Counted from the stretch's first letter, positions 1 to 14,838 are shown. The stretch is 64,000 nt of DNA from Welwitschia mirabilis (GCA_051453625.1 JBOZIK010000001.1:17316760-17380759); one strand, 5' to 3'. Made by a program: numbers and translations. The notes: generated by a model from the sequence alone, not told the origin.

Positions 1-1649
1 TTGGATCCATGTTCACTCTATTTTTCTTTGATTTTTAAGTTTAGAATTTCAAAGTTATTTTCACATTTTCTTATTTTTTTATAGGACCTTAATCATTTAG
101 TAGTTTCCTTGATATTTGATCATGTTAAATCATTTTTTTAAAAAGAATTTGAAAAACTTTAAAAGAACATATTTTCATTCCATATTTTTTATAAGTTCCC
201 TTGTAGCTTATCTAGTTCTAAGTTTTCATTCTTTTATTTTATTTCTAGGTACATTCATATAGTTTTTTATTTTAGTTCAACCTCAACAATTTATTTTTTT
301 TAGCCATAGATTTTTCTTAATTGTTTATTTGTCCTTTTTTCTTTGATTTTCTTGGTTTTTTGTGTGATATTTTGTCTTTCTATATTTTTCTTTTCAAAAA
401 TGCTATTTAAACAATCATATTTAAGCCTAAGTTTTTTGCTAATATTTTTGTTTTAAAATCTTTTTCATATCCTATCATCCACTGGTTCATCTGGATAATA
501 CTAGGTGAATGATAGTCTAATTTTTTCTAAGATTCATCCTAAGGCTATTATTTAGATGGCGTGACCAGATAACAGTGTGATAAAACTATGGACTAAAATC
601 TTTTTCCTTATTTTCTCTTGTTTTCTTATTATTTTCATCCATTATTTTGAGAGACAACAATCTTTCTAACATATACCAGCATTTTAAAACTNNNNNNNNN
701 NNNNNNNNNNNNNNNNNNNNNNNNNNNNNNNNNNNNNNNNNNNNNNNNNNNNNNNNNNNNNNNNNNNNNNNNNNNNNNNNNNNNNNNNNNNAATCATTTA
801 GTAGTTTCCTTACTATTTGATCATGTTAAATCATTTTTTCAAAAAGCATTTGAAAAACTTTAAAAGAACATATTTTTATTCCATTTTTTTATGAGTTCCC
901 TTGTAGCTTATCGAGTTCTAAGTTTTCATTCTTTTATTTTATGTCTAAGTACATTCATGTAGTTTTTTATTTTAGTTTCAACCTTAATAGTTTATTTTTT
1001 TTTAGCCATAGGTTTTTCTTGATTGTTTTTTTATCCTTTTTCCTTTGATTTTCTTGGTTTTTTGTGTGATTTTTTGTCTTTCTGTAATTTTCTTTTTAAA
1101 AATGATACTTAAACAATCATATTTGAGCCTAAGTTTTTTTGGCTAATATTTTTTTTAAAATATTTTTGATATCCTATCATTACTAGTTCATCTAGATAAT
1201 ACTAGGTGAATGATAGTCTGATTTTTTTTAAAAGGCATCCTAGGGCTATTATTTAGATGGCGTGACTGGATAACAGTGTGATAAATCTATGGACTAAAAT
1301 CTTTTTCCTTATTTTATATCATTTTCCTATCATCTTCATCCATTCTTTTAAGAGACGATAATATTTCTAACTATACCAACATTTTAAAACTTTTACCACT
1401 CAATTTTATTGCTAGATTCATGAGTTTTTACTAGAATTGTGAAAATGAGGTATGCTTCTCTTTCCTCTTGTTTTTCATTTTTTTTCACGTTTTTCAGCTG
1501 TTCGATGTGTAGTTTTTATGTATATCATAAAGTTTTTCATACTCTTCATTTTAGGACTTATGGATTTGAATTTCACTACGTATTTTTTAAGTTATAAGCA
1601 TTTTTCTAGTTTTTTAATCTATTTTAGAGGTTATTATTATGCATATTCG

Positions 1650-2760
1650 CCATCTTGACACAGTCATTCTTTAAGTACATAGATTGCTAGCATCCATGTT
1701 AAGCAATATTTTGAAGATTCTTGAGCTATATAAAGCCCCATGTAGACTAGAGATTGATAGACTTATGACTCTATTAGACCATAGATGCACATGGATCTTA
1801 CTATGTATTAGAGATGAGAGAGTTTTAAGATACCATGCACACAGAGAGGCAACTTGACAATCATGGTCATCTTTAGGACACAATAGTTACTTTTATATGA
1901 GATCATAAGATATCCATTCTTCCATCCTACATTGTAGTTATCATAGATCTTGGTGGGCTTGGGAGCATGCATATTCATTTAGTTAGTGGAACAGAGGAGC
2001 GTCAAGCCTACAACACCATTTTAGGTATACCAAATGACTTGATGACTAATCGACAAGGGGTAAACGTTATTCAGCTGACTCCTACTTATAGAGGATTACA
2101 TAAAGGATTGATTCATAATATCATTCCATCATTTCATGATAGTCATGCTATGGTGGTACACCTACAGAGTTTGGTAGCTTTTCAATAGGAGGAGCAGATG
2201 GGCTTATTGACATTTATCTAGAGGAGACTCACATCTATGATAAAGGAATAATCCTTTTAGACATTTAATTATCCATACCTTTTCTAAGTATTTTTTAGAT
2301 GATTTAGGATACCATATCCCATTAGTGAAAAGTGCATTTCACACATTCAGACATCTACTTACCATCTACAGGACATGGATATACATGTTCCAAGAAAAAC
2401 AGAGAGACCTTAGGTATAAAGACTTCTAGTTGGAGCTAGAGTAGATTCACGCTCTTCTAGTTAATACCACTAAGACCATCAGAGGTTTTGTGGATAGAGG
2501 TATCCAGACCCTTGATTAAAGGATCTAGACTTTTGAGTAGATAGTTAAGCCATGAATCCTATCCATGGAGAGGAGAGTACAACACACTAAGAACTAGATG
2601 ATGGATAGGCGCTAGCGTGTTGTCTTCATTTAGCAGAGTATGAATATTGATAGTCTTAAGGAAATTCATGTCTAGGGTAACGAGATAGTCAAATCCATCT
2701 CCACATTTTTATACATTTGTTTTTCTATGGATCCAAAGTATCCTCCTTCTTCTCCCTCTA
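1650..2760 (+). pseudogene. Decayed 3' extra (env-like / putative plant transposon protein) ORF of the Athila-like element; partial duplicate at 2909-3596
   Basis: Higher-GC, coding-like stretch upstream of the PPT. Peptide remnants TWILLCIRDE, YNTILGIPND and LSIPFLSIF resemble the IN.LLGLP and LPFPSLIT blocks of Athila 3' ORFs. Many stops. Confidence 0.4.
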
Positions 2761-4645
2761 CTCGTGAGCTAGTTGTCGAGCCCCAGTTTGTCATGTGTAG
2801 ATGAGGGANNNNNNNNNNNNNNNNNNNNNNNNNNNNNNNNNNNNNNNNNNNNNNNNNNNNNNNNNNNNNNNNNNNNNNNNNNNNNNNNNNNNNNNNNNNN
2901 NNNNNNNNTCATTCCATCATTTCATGATAGTCATGCTATGATGGTACACCTATAGAGTGTAGTAGCCTTTTAATAAGGGGAGCAGATGGGCTTATTGACA
3001 TTTATCTAGAGAAGACTCAAATCTATGATAGAGGAATAATTCTTTTAGACATTTGATTATCCATACCTTTTCTAAGTAGTTTTTTACATGATTTCGAGTA
3101 TCATATCCCATGAGTGAATAGTGCATTTCATACATTTAGACATCTATTTGCTATCTATAGGACATGGATATACATGTTTCAAGAGAGATAGAGAGACCTT
3201 AGGTATAGAGACTTCAAATTAGAGATAGAGTAGATTCACACTCTCCTAGTTGAGATCACTAAGATCATTAGAGGTTTTATGGATAGAGGTATCTAGACCC
3301 TTGATTAGAGGATCTAGACTTTTAAGTAGATAGTTGAGCCATGAATCCTATCCATGGAGAGGAGAGTACAACCCACTAAGAACTAGATGATGGATACGCG
3401 CTAGCATGTTATCTCCATTTAGCAGAGTATGACTATAGATATTCTTAAGGAAATTCATGTCTAAGGTAACGAGACAGTCAAATCCATCTTCACATTTTTA
3501 TACATTTGTTTTTTTATGGATCCAATGTATCCTCCTTCTTCTCCCTCTACTTCTGAGCTAGTTGTCGAGCCCCAGTTTATCATGTGTAGATGAGGAAAAT
3601 TATTTTGTATTATATTTTGTATCTTTTCTTCTATACTTTTTGTATTGAAAAAACTATCTTTTATTATGATATAGACATATCATTTTGCTAGCATGGCATA
3701 TTCATTATCTTTGATTTACATGATTATCTTTTAATTTCTTAAGATGAGGATTTATTTATACTTGGGTAAATTTTATATTCTTGATTTTTATTTCAATGGG
3801 GTTATTTATTATATTTGACTAATTATCTGTAAAAATAAAAATTCTATTGCAAGTTCCAAATTTTAAAACTTTTTTCTGAGCCTATCATCCCCTTCATCGT
3901 CTGAATAATAAACCAGACAATTGACTCGTGAGCTCCTAGAAGCTGTTTATTTAGTTTTTTTTTTATTTTCTAAAATTTTAGTTTATATCTGTATAATTTA
4001 TGCAAATATTTTTAAGATAATTTCCTTAGGTATCCTGGCTATTTTATTATCTAATAAGTTAGCTGATAAACATGGTTTACTACTTAGTTTTATTAGGGAC
4101 TAATAAGGAAAAGTGTGGGGCTATGTTGCACTGCCAACTTATGCATATTTAATAGGGTATTTTGAATGGTTCTGTAGGTGAATAGAGAAATAAATACTTG
4201 ATTTCTATGATAATGGAGAGCTAATATGAAAAGAATGAAGACATGAAAGTCTTTATGATAATNNNNNNNNNNNNNNNNNNNNNNNNNNNNNNNNNNNNNN
4301 NNNNNNNNNNNNNNNNNNNNNNNNNNNNNNNNNNNNNNNNNNNNNNNNNNNNNNNNNNNNNNAAAATTCTATTGCAAGTTCCAAATTTGAAAACTCTTTT
4401 TTGAGCCTATCATCCCCTTCATCGTCTGAACAATAACCCAGACAACTAACTCATGAGCTCCTAGAAGCTATTTATTTAGTTTTTTTGATTTTCTGAAATT
4501 TTAGTTTATATCTCTATAATTTATGCAAATCTTTTTAAGATAATTTCCTTAGGTATTTGGCTATTTTATTATCTAATAAGTTGGGTGAAAAACATGGTTT
4601 ACTACTTAGTTTTATTAGGGACTAATAAGGTAAATTGCAGGGCTA

Positions 4646-6319
4646 TGTTACACTACCAACTTATGCATATTTAATAGGGTATTTTGAGTAGTTTTATAGG
4701 TGAATAGATAAATAAATACTTGATTTCTATGATAATGGAGAGCTAAGATAAAAGGAATGAATACATGAAAATTTTTATGATAATTTACAATATTCTGAAC
4801 AAATTTGAATACTTAATATTTCTAAGGACAACTTTCTACAAAACATTGAGGCTGATGTAATAATTAAAGAATTATCAAAGATCATCATCTATCTTATTGT
4901 CCAGATGATTACACAGATGACTGTGCCAACTGAATGCTAACTATAGCCTATCTGGTAGTTAATGTGGATTGATTATGAGGTGGCNNNNNNNNNNNNNNNN
5001 NNNNNNNNNNNNNNNNNNNNNNNNNNNNNNNNNNNNNNNNNNNNNNNNNNNNNNNNNNNNNNNNNNNNNNNNNNNNNNNNNNNNGGCATCATCTCGTCTA
5101 TCATCTAAATGATCAGCTAGATGATACAATTATAATGTCTATACTAAACATTTACCAAACTTCCACCACTTATATTTTCAATTTTTCCCTTGTACGGTCA
5201 TTACAATTTTACCTGCAACTTTCTGTCTTTATTTTTATGTGTTGAGTAAATAAATAGAGATCTCACCGTTAACTTCTGCTAGTCTTTAGTTACACATAAA
5301 ATTCTCATGATAGGAAATTAAAAGACAGATATCCATCTTGTAGTTTTAGAGAGACATTTCCTTGGTGTTGAATGGTGTTTCCTTCATTAAGGTATGGCTA
5401 CTTTGTAATATAGATGTGGTTCAATTATTAATATAAAACATTTACTTTTATGCTTTCAATGTGTAATCGTTTCTTATCCTTATAGCTTATGTTGCTTCTA
5501 ATTCTGTGATAGTTTTTCTAGTGATATAGGTTATGAAAATAACCTTTGTCAAGGTTGTGCTTGGTTAGTTTAGGTTAAGTGCTTTATTATTTTCTTTTTC
5601 TAGATTAGCTTGACACGAGTGTTTTTTATTTTACTTTCATGCATGCCAAGTTATTTTGTAGATTAGGNNNNNNNNNNNNNNNNNNNNNNNNNNNNNNNNN
5701 NNNNNNNNNNNNNNNNNNNNNNNNNNNNNNNNNNNNNNNNNNNNNNNNNNNNNNNNNNNNNNNNNNNGAGATCTCACCCTTAACTCCTACTAGTCTTTAT
5801 TTACACCTGAAATTCTCGTGATAGGAGATTAAAAGACAGAGATCCATCTTGTAGTTCTAGAGAGACATTTCCTTGGTTTTGAATGACGTTTCCTCCATTA
5901 AGGTATGGTTACTTTGTAATACAAATATAGTTCAATTATTAATACAAAACATTTACTTTTATGCTTTTAATGTGTTATTGTTTCTCGTCCTCATAGTTTA
6001 TGTTGCTTCTAATTATGTGATAGTTTTTCTAGTGATATATGTTATGAGAATAACCTTTATCAAGGTTATGCTTGGTTAGTTTAGGTTAAGTACTTTATTA
6101 TTTCTTTTTCCTAGATTAGATTTACACGAGTGTATTTTATTTTACTTTCATGAATTACAAGTTACTTTTCTAGATTAGGGTGTAAGTATTTCTCTTTGGA
6201 AAGAAACTCTCTTATTATGACACTTTATCTATATTAGTGTGTTTTATTTGTGCATTATTATTTGTAATTAATAAGATTCAACTCAAGATAAAAATGTTGC
6301 ATAAATATGCACCTCAATA
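4646..6319 (+). repeat. 3' LTR (TGTTG...CAACA family; ends eroded to TGTTA/CAATA)
   Basis: Starts right after the PPT and is the inverted homologue of the LTRs at 41022-44069 and 45041-46124. Contains gaps and one gap-flank duplicate. The right end is approximate. Confidence 0.65.
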
Positions 6320-7219
6320 AGATTACATTGGAATAATTTTTAAAATAAAGCTACATATTTTAGATAAATTTTACCACTTGTCTATAATTAAAACTAATAA
6401 GAAAATCAAAGTTATTATTTGCAACATGTGTGATACTAATTTTTCTTTTTAAATTTGAAATGAACATGTGGAAAATATTTTTCTCATGTAAATACTTAGG
6501 GTTAAAATGGTTATTGAAATTAGAAATGTTTTCAATGCATTATTAAAATATTCATTGAAGGTATAAAAGATGTATTACATTAAATAAACATAATGAAGAT
6601 AATTTTTTTATATTATTATTAAACTGAAGAAGCTAAAATACCTCCCAAGTCCTATACTACATGCATTGAGGTGATGACACGTGGCATAGAATTTGAAACT
6701 TTTGGTGTGCATTTCATTTGTATACATCATTTAATATGAGATAATAGACTGTTTATTCCACTTCATTAAATTCATATAAAATTTTGACAACATTGGAAAA
6801 AATTTTAAACCTATGAAAATTCCCATTAAAAGCCAAATTGTATAGAGAAAATTTACATGAATTAGTTTGGTTTACAGTATTTTGAGTTTAGATAACTTTT
6901 TAGTTNNNNNNNNNNNNNNNNNNNNNNNNNNNNNNNNNNNNNNNNNNNNNNNNNNNNNNNNNNNNNNNNNNNNNNNNNNNNNNNNNNNNNNNNNNNNNNN
7001 NNNNNATTTGAAACTTGTGGTGTGCATTTCATTTTTACACCTCATTTAATGTTAGATAATAGAATGTTTAGCCTGCTCCTTATTAAACTAATAATTTTAT
7101 ATGTCATGTTATCTTGAAACTTAGATTAGAAGATAAAATTATAAGAAAACAAAGAAAGAATATAAATAGCTCTCATTAGAATAATTTAAAGTAAAATATT
7201 AATAAAGTATGACATGTAG

Positions 7220-7700
7220 TACTTAAAGTTGAATTGATGCCTTTATAAGTAAAATATGTCTATTTATATATAGCTTTTGTTTGATAATCTCTTAAATTTT
7301 AGTACTAATAAATTTTCGAAAAGCATGTTCCATGTAACTTAAACAAAATATTATTTTTAACAAGAAAAGAATTAGATTTAAAAATGAATAATTTAGTTAA
7401 AATATTTTAATTATAAACCTATATAATTTCAAATAGCTATAAAAGAAAAATCACTTCAAAGAACTTGAAAAAAACATAATAGAAAATAAATAATTTTTAT
7501 TTAAAGAATACTAGTGGAGGAATCTCTATGAAGTTAAGTTATTTAATTACTAATAAATTTTGTCTATTATTTTAGATTAATAGGATAATAATGAGATCTC
7601 ATTTTTCTAGGATTAAAATAAGCATATTTTCTCAAGTATCTCAAAAAGAAAGAATGTGTTGACTTTATGGCTAAAATGCTATTGCAAATGAATAATTCAC
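7220..7700 (+). pseudogene. Possible relic of an RNase H-like (RVT_3, LINE-type) domain
   Basis: Frameshifted motif remnants in the expected order: LKLN-DA (~7223), RILVE (~7504), ECVDFMAK (~7652), resembling KLNxDG...VEGDS...NxxADxLAK. Confidence 0.3.
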
Positions 7701-9105
7701 CTTAATAGATTAAGACCTATGATTTTTTATTTTTTTTAATTTTTATCCAAAATTATAGAGAATCTTATAAATGGAATCTTTTAGATTCATAACATATAAA
7801 TTTATTTTATTTAATATATTCTTAAGATCTTATGGATCTAATAATAAGTTTTGGTTTTAGTGGCATTAGATAATTTTATGTATGAAATATATGGATTTAT
7901 ATTTGGATTTATGAATTGACTAATTTATTTTTTTTAATTCGATTTATTTGTGATATTAATATGATTCCTCTAATATCTTTGATACCCCATCTTAATTCAT
8001 AAATCTAGACTTCTTTATAATTAGTTTTCAAATATAGGTTTCATGGAATTTAATGAATCTAATTTTAGGTAAGGACTTAATGAGTCTATTTGCAATTAAA
8101 TTCTTAAGTTAAATATATTTATCACAAATTAATTTGAAGGGATATTTCATAATTTCTCTAGGAGGCTATAAGATTTCAATGATCCTTTTAGTCTTAAAAA
8201 TAAAGTTATTTATGTAACATATTTGGATTTAGAAAATGATATAATTGTCATATTCTATTTTTAGATAAACCATAATATTTTGGAGACACATTAATTAACT
8301 ACATATTTTGTAATTAATGCAACATGTTTTAATCCTATTGAATTTGCATTACAAAATCCTATTGTTCCTTCATCCATTATTTATAACTTAAGTATTAATT
8401 TCTTGGATTTAATCATATATTTTATTTAAATACATTTCCTAGAACTGAATTCACAACTACAAAGAATTATAAGAGCTATTCTATCACTAGGATATAACAT
8501 TAGCCATTTCTATCTATTTCACTATGTTAAATGTTAAATTTAGTAATTCTACATTATATTGCATATGTAGAATGAGTGTGATTTTATTCNNNNNNNNNNN
8601 NNNNNNNNNNNNNNNNNNNNNNNNNNNNNNNNNNNNNNNNNNNNNNNNNNNNNNNNNNNNNNNNNNNNNNNNNNNNNNNNNNNNNNNNNTGCATATGTAG
8701 AGTGAGTGGGATTTTATTCATTGCATAGTTTATCTAAGGTATCATATTCATCAAATAGATTAACTACCTAATTAAATATTGTTACAGTTTCAGGTTGCAT
8801 GGCTCTAAGTATTAAGGTTTTGATGTTGATTCAAAATTCATTAGAATGATTTTTATCTTATAGTTTTTAAATTTTACTTATTTACTAGTTTTATGTTGTG
8901 TTTTTATTATTGCATAATTAAANNNNNNNNNNNNNNNNNNNNNNNNNNNNNNNNNNNNNNNNNNNNNNNNNNNNNNNNNNNNNNNNNNNNNNNNNNNNNN
9001 NCATTAAAACCTTTTTTATAAAAATACAAACGTTTTGTAGAATATTTGATTTAATTAGTCATGGGTTGAGATTCATCACTTATGTTTATCTCTAAGATGA
9101 TATGT

Positions 9106-10636
9106 GTGAGGATCATAAAACTTACAGGTGAGGTATGAATTAGTTTGAAATAATAATAAAACTATAATTAAGAATTTAGTAACTAGTAGAAGTAAGTGCA
9201 TGTATTTAAAAAAAAGGATCTATTACTATTTTAACATGATTTTCCCATGGTAGTATCCATGCTTAAAGGGTTAAAACTGGTACACCTCTAGATCATTTTT
9301 TTCTTATTACAATTCACTGGTTATGGCTTACTACTAATTACAAAATATTTAATATAAATGAATTTCTTCCTGTAAGAAATTCAAATTAACTCCTTAGGGT
9401 TCAAGCTCACAATACAAGTGTTTCTATTAAGAATACATCTAAGGTCTTCATTTGACACATGTACAACTTGGAATTTCTTCTTACACCTAACATACATGCA
9501 ATTCTTTCAAAGGATAGAATGAAGCAAAATATATATGGAACTATAGGGATTTGACTTAATCAAATGCTCACCTTTAAGTGTCTTTACAAAAGGAAATAAA
9601 GCTTAAGAGAAAGAGAAAAATAGAAAATAAATATTTCTTTCTTTAGAAGAGGATGTTAACTAAAATATTGATTATTCTTTCTTCTTATTTCCTATGTAGT
9701 AGTCTTGAGATTATTCTTTAAAGGAATTAAGCATTATAGCTAAATAAAAAGGGATCTTATTATTTCAATCCTAAATCCCTATGATTTTTCATGCTTCTTA
9801 ATATTTCTTATTAGTGTCTTTATTAGTTGATATTATGACTTTTATTTTCTAATTGTTATTATGATTTAGAAGTTTTTATTCCTTCTTATATAAAGTCTCT
9901 TTTTCAAGATTTTTCATAAAGGGAAGAATGCAAAATGATCAAATTCATGCCCTTTAACCATTATTTTATTTTTACATTTTAAAATAGAGTAAATGTTTAC
10001 ATAATTTATAGATGTTTTTATATGTTGTAAAAATATTTAATAGGTGAAAATTTCTTTAACCTATAGCTATTCTACCAATTATTTATATTTAGCTAAGACA
10101 TGTTTAACTTCAGTAGACATATTTTGATCTTTTAGATATCTTCACTAGGTATAAATGCCTTCAGTTCCTAGTTATTTATTATCATTCTTATGTTTATTTA
10201 AAAGTTTTCAATTAAGTATATGCCTTATATTAGGTTTTTATAAATTAGTTAAGATGCCCTTTAGCTTGAAGACATATCAAGATTTTATGTATAGACACCT
10301 TATAGTAAGTTCCATTAATTCAACCCAGATATATTTTGTTCTATTAATATTTTAAGGTATAACAAACATCTTCACTTTGTGTATATGTCTTTAATTTAGA
10401 GTTCCTAAAATACATCATACTAACTTATACATTAGTTTTAAAATTAATTTTGAAATTTCATTAAATTTCTTATAAATTTCTTTTATTTTATGTATATATT
10501 TACATATGGTAGATGTGTTTTAATCTTTGTAAACGTATTTATTACATTTAACTTAAAATTTAAGTTCATGATCCTTACGTACACATGACATTAATTTAAC
10601 AAGTTTTATCACATCAACATTGGATAAGTTAGTAAT
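9106..10636 (-). repeat. Putative 3' LTR of the SIRE-like element
   Basis: Left edge tgaggatc...caggtgaggtatgaattag resembles the Sirevirus LTR-end motif (ctagaggggggtgaatagg). Right edge is followed by an eroded PPT-like context (ttcttagttttaatgatg). No partner LTR in the window to confirm it. Confidence 0.35.
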
Positions 10637-10999
10637 ATTCTTAGTTTTAATGATGTTCAAAATTTCACAAATCTATTAGAAGTCTTTATTCTGAGTCACT
10701 TAATAGAAAACTTATAACTTAAGAAAAGTATAATCATCTTGACCCATAAAAGAGTAATATGCATTAAATTAAAATTATTAAAAGGTATGATGTATAGATT
10801 TTATAATTGAATGTTATAATATGATAATGATATAATAAGTTACAAAGATATGAAAACTTAATTTAACTAAGCTAACTTAAAGTAAGCTATTGCAAAGATC
10901 AATAATAACATAGTAGATGTATCCAAATGATCAAATACATAAGTATGGATACATGTCTTCAACTAGGCTTTAATAGTTGTCTCTTTTAACTATTTAGAC

Positions 11000-12450
11000 A
11001 TCATAAGGCATTACTTACTAGGAGAACCATTAGAACTAGAATTTTATTGCTATTATTTATATGATCATAATTTTTAGAGGATGGTTTCTAATAGGTACCA
11101 TATGATAAATAAGCTTCTTGCTAAGAATTGAAACTTGAAGGATGTTATTGCTTATTTTGTGCCTAAGTAGATGAATAAGTAACTTGCTAACACATCTAAT
11201 AATAAATCTATGACATGATAGATGTATGAAATAAATTGTAAGTTAACTCTTGGATAAGCTTCTATGTGCCTAATGGTACCTTTATAAGAGGTAAAGGAAT
11301 GTATTATGGAAACTTATCATGAGGTTGCATTACTTCATCATGCACTATAAATTTGCTACAGTGATAAGCTTAAAATGATACATTAGACTTAGTAGATGAC
11401 TACTATGGAATTTCTTATATTCCCCATTAAATTTTATGTCCCTACACATGTATATCATCTTCTCTTCTATTGATTCATATTTTTTACCTTATAGAGATTG
11501 TTCCTCCTTTGACTCAACCATTATCAATACCATATTCATTACTATTGGTAGATCAAACCAGTGCATCCATTTCTTTAAGTTCTAATAACGGTTTCTTTCT
11601 CTCACTAACTATTCCATTAACAAATCTATTTGATATTTCTGGAGCCTCCAAATATCTCATCTAATATTTCCTATTGTATTTGTAATCATTTTAACCCTTT
11701 TATTTATAAAATATGATAACTATACATTAATATATTTGAATCTTTTAAAGGTTGGGTTTTAAGAATTAATACTTTTACCTTTTTTCATAGAAGCTTTTAT
11801 CTTTTTACTAAAGTTCAAAAGTGGTTGATTACCCTTAATCAAATTATAAGAAACAAAATTTATTCCAACATCACAAATATGTAGAATAATTAAAAATAAA
11901 GCTAAAATTTTAAGCATTGTGATACTATGATATCATGTCTCTGCAAATTACAAAGCCAATGCTAATATGAATACAACATAATGTATCATAAATCATAAAG
12001 ATCTACATTATAGTAAAATATTTATATCTACATCATCTAATGAGTATATCATAAAATTTCCTTTCATTTAATACTTTCTTCAAAAGTAGTACAAGGTCAT
12101 CCAAATTTTTATGAAGTAAATTTAATTTTAAAAACTTTAACTAGTTTACATCTGAAAATGCTTATAAAAGTGGAGAAACATACTTAAAGAACATTATCTA
12201 TGTTAATACCAAGTAATGTATTTAAAAATTTAAAAGTATTGCAAAGGCATTATTTTCTTATTCATGTTAAAAAGGTACCTTATTCTTCATTAATTACATG
12301 TATGTATAAGAGACTCACTAATTTTTTGCCAGCTAAAGGTCTGAAACTAATAGTGGATCTTAGTTTGCTAGTTTGATTTGTATTTTTTTCCAATAATATT
12401 TATAGATTTCAACTTAAATTTCTTAGTATTTATTTCATAAATAAAGGATC
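11000..12450 (-). pseudogene. Possible decayed env-like ORF of the SIRE-like element
   Basis: Lies between the end of pol and the 3' LTR. Coding-like minus-strand remnants, e.g. RYLEAPEISNRFVNGIVSERKKPLLELKEM at ~11560-11660 and YVSPLL*AF at ~12160-12185. Confidence 0.3.
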
Positions 12451-13069
12451 ATGCCTATTTTCTTAAGCCACTTCATTTATTTCTCTACTTTAGATGCTTT
12501 TCTAGAACAGAATGTAATTTTATACATACCATCTTATAAAAAGAGAAATAAATATAAAGAATAACATAAAAACTATTCTTAAAAATGGAAACCTAAAGCC
12601 TGTTGAGTGAGTAGATATATCCAAATTAGATACAAGACATTTTGAAATAGCAAAAAGTAAAGGCTATATATTTAAAAAACTTAAGATGAAAGATGTCTAT
12701 CTTGTTTAGAACATGAAAATGATAATTAGAAGGAGGTTTTCCCTTTTCAGAGATTTCTAATCATAATTATTGATTATACCATAATCTATATTACATTTTA
12801 TTTATACTTAATGATATCTAAAGGTGCTCTAGAGGCATGTATCATATGGGTGATGTGTATGTTAAATTAAATCTAAAAAAATCATAACTTTAATAGTGAA
12901 TGTTTATAATCTTGTAAGATTCTATAACATGTAGAGGAATATACATAACTACATAGGTTAATCCCAAAAATGCTCACATAAAAAACTACAAATAAGTATA
13001 AATTAATGAAAAATAACCATGAAGTTAAAAACTAGATACATTCCTCTAGCTTATTTACTTGGGCATGCT

Positions 13070-14668
13070 AGAATCTCTAAATCTCTACATAGCTTACTAA
13101 TTTTTACTAATTTAGAGGTTTGGTAAAACTAACAAGTTGTTTACTATCTATTATGGGATACTCTAATCTAATGTCTTCATTATATATAAAGAAAATAATG
13201 ATAGATCTCTAGGTGTTTATTTCTTAAGTACCAAATGGAATAATTTGATATGTTCATGGTTCTCTTATTATTAAAATATATTAAAACGTATTTCATCATT
13301 ATGATAAAGTGCTTAAGTATTTTTCACATCAATAGAACTTGCATCTAATAGATTATAGTAGCAATGTATGTAGATTTTTCATTAGATAGCGCTATTACTT
13401 TTCTTTGATAAAAATTCATATCATCAAATACTAACCTAGGAAATAGAAATAACCACTTTTACTTCTCCTATTATCTTTGTAACCTAATCAATTTACATCA
13501 TAATATGTAATCGAATCAAAGGTTGAAGTCTTCAAAATATTAAAGATCCTACTTAACAATACTTTCTAGATAAAGACAAATTCATTTGACTATCTCTAAA
13601 TATGGTTTCGTGGAATCAATTTTATAAAAAGAATATATACCTATGCTAAGCATTAGGTCATGTCTATAGATAGTAAGATATAAAAAACTTTCTATCATAA
13701 TTGTATATACATATTGATTTATCTTCTTATTAAGATCATCCTTACCTAGTTTTATGATTGAGCTTATAGGTGTTCCTTTAAGCTTCACATTATATAACTT
13801 GTATTTATCCAATAAATTCTTAACATTTTTTAATTGAGAAATGAATACACCTTCCTATTGTTGTATAACTTGCAATCCAAGGAAGTTTTTTGTCTCACTG
13901 ATCATGCCTATTTCAAATTGATCCTACATTAGCTTAATAAAGATATTATAAAAACATTTAATAGTAAAATAAAAAATTATATCATCCATAATTATTTGAA
14001 TAGCTATAAAATTATGATTGAGAACTTTCATGAATCTCATCACATTTGATGTACATCATTTAAATTTATTATTAATATGATATTTATAAATACATTCATA
14101 CCATTCTAAGGGTGATTCTTATAGTCTATAATAAGCCTTATTCAACTTATAAATATAATGAATTTTATGTGATTTAATAAAACCTTTAACTTCTTTGAAA
14201 TATACCTCTTCTTAGATGATTTTTTTTAGAAATGTACTTTTAATGTTCATTATATATAGGATGAATCCTTTATAGCATGAAAGTTCCATTAGAATTATAA
14301 TATATTCTATTCTAGAAATAGGTGTAGTGGTTCGTTATAATAAATTCTCTTTTATTGGTTGTAATATTTTTCAATAAGATGTATTTTATTTTTTAACCAC
14401 ATACTTATTCTTATTTTTTTTAATTTAAATAGTAATGTTATTCATATGATTAGATGATTTAGTGATTTAGATACTAAATTCTATATATCACATATTTAAA
14501 AGTGGCTAACTACTCTTACATAGTGAAAATCCATCTTTCATCATCCTCATCATATTTGAGAATTTTAGCTTTCTCTAATATATGTAAGCTACATACTAAT
14601 AAAACTATTCTAGTAATTTCCTTACTTTGGTACTACTATAGATATTTCCAATAATTTTACTAAAGGAT
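13070..14668 (-). pseudogene. pol: Copia reverse transcriptase and RNase H (decayed)
   Basis: ORF 13582-13812 (GTPISSIIKLGKD...MIESFLYLTIYRHDLMLSIG) matches copia TPM...MIGSLLYLTASRPDIMFSV. Also VKSTFL/EEVY near 14200-14250, YKLNKAYY, and QLVSFTKPL near 13120-13140. Confidence 0.9.
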
Positions 14669-14838
14669 TATTATTTATGGTTATTTTGGTTATAGTTTTC
14701 TCTTCTATGAAATAAAGATAAGTGAANNNNNNNNNNNNNNNNNNNNNNNNNNNNNNNNNNNNNNNNNNNNNNNNNNNNNNNNNNNNNNNNNNNNNNNNNN
14801 NNNNNNNNNNNNNNNNNNNNNNNNNNTTACTAAAGGAT

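Larger units (their letters stand above)
1..6319 (+). mobile_element. 3' portion of an Athila-like Ty3/gypsy element (3' internal region, PPT, 3' LTR); 5' part lies left of the window
   Basis: PPT AAGTGTGGGGCTA followed by TGTTG at 4111-4128 (gap-flank duplicate at ~4633-4650). The downstream sequence is the reverse complement of the LTR family at 40397-47920, e.g. ataacctttgtcaaggttg vs caaccttgataaaggttac, and attctcatgatagg vs cctatcatgagaat. Confidence 0.7.

Noticed and set aside
6327-6825. Mutator-like MITE around the G-box
   Set aside because: The candidate terminal inverted repeats match only weakly by eye and I found no 9-bp TSD.
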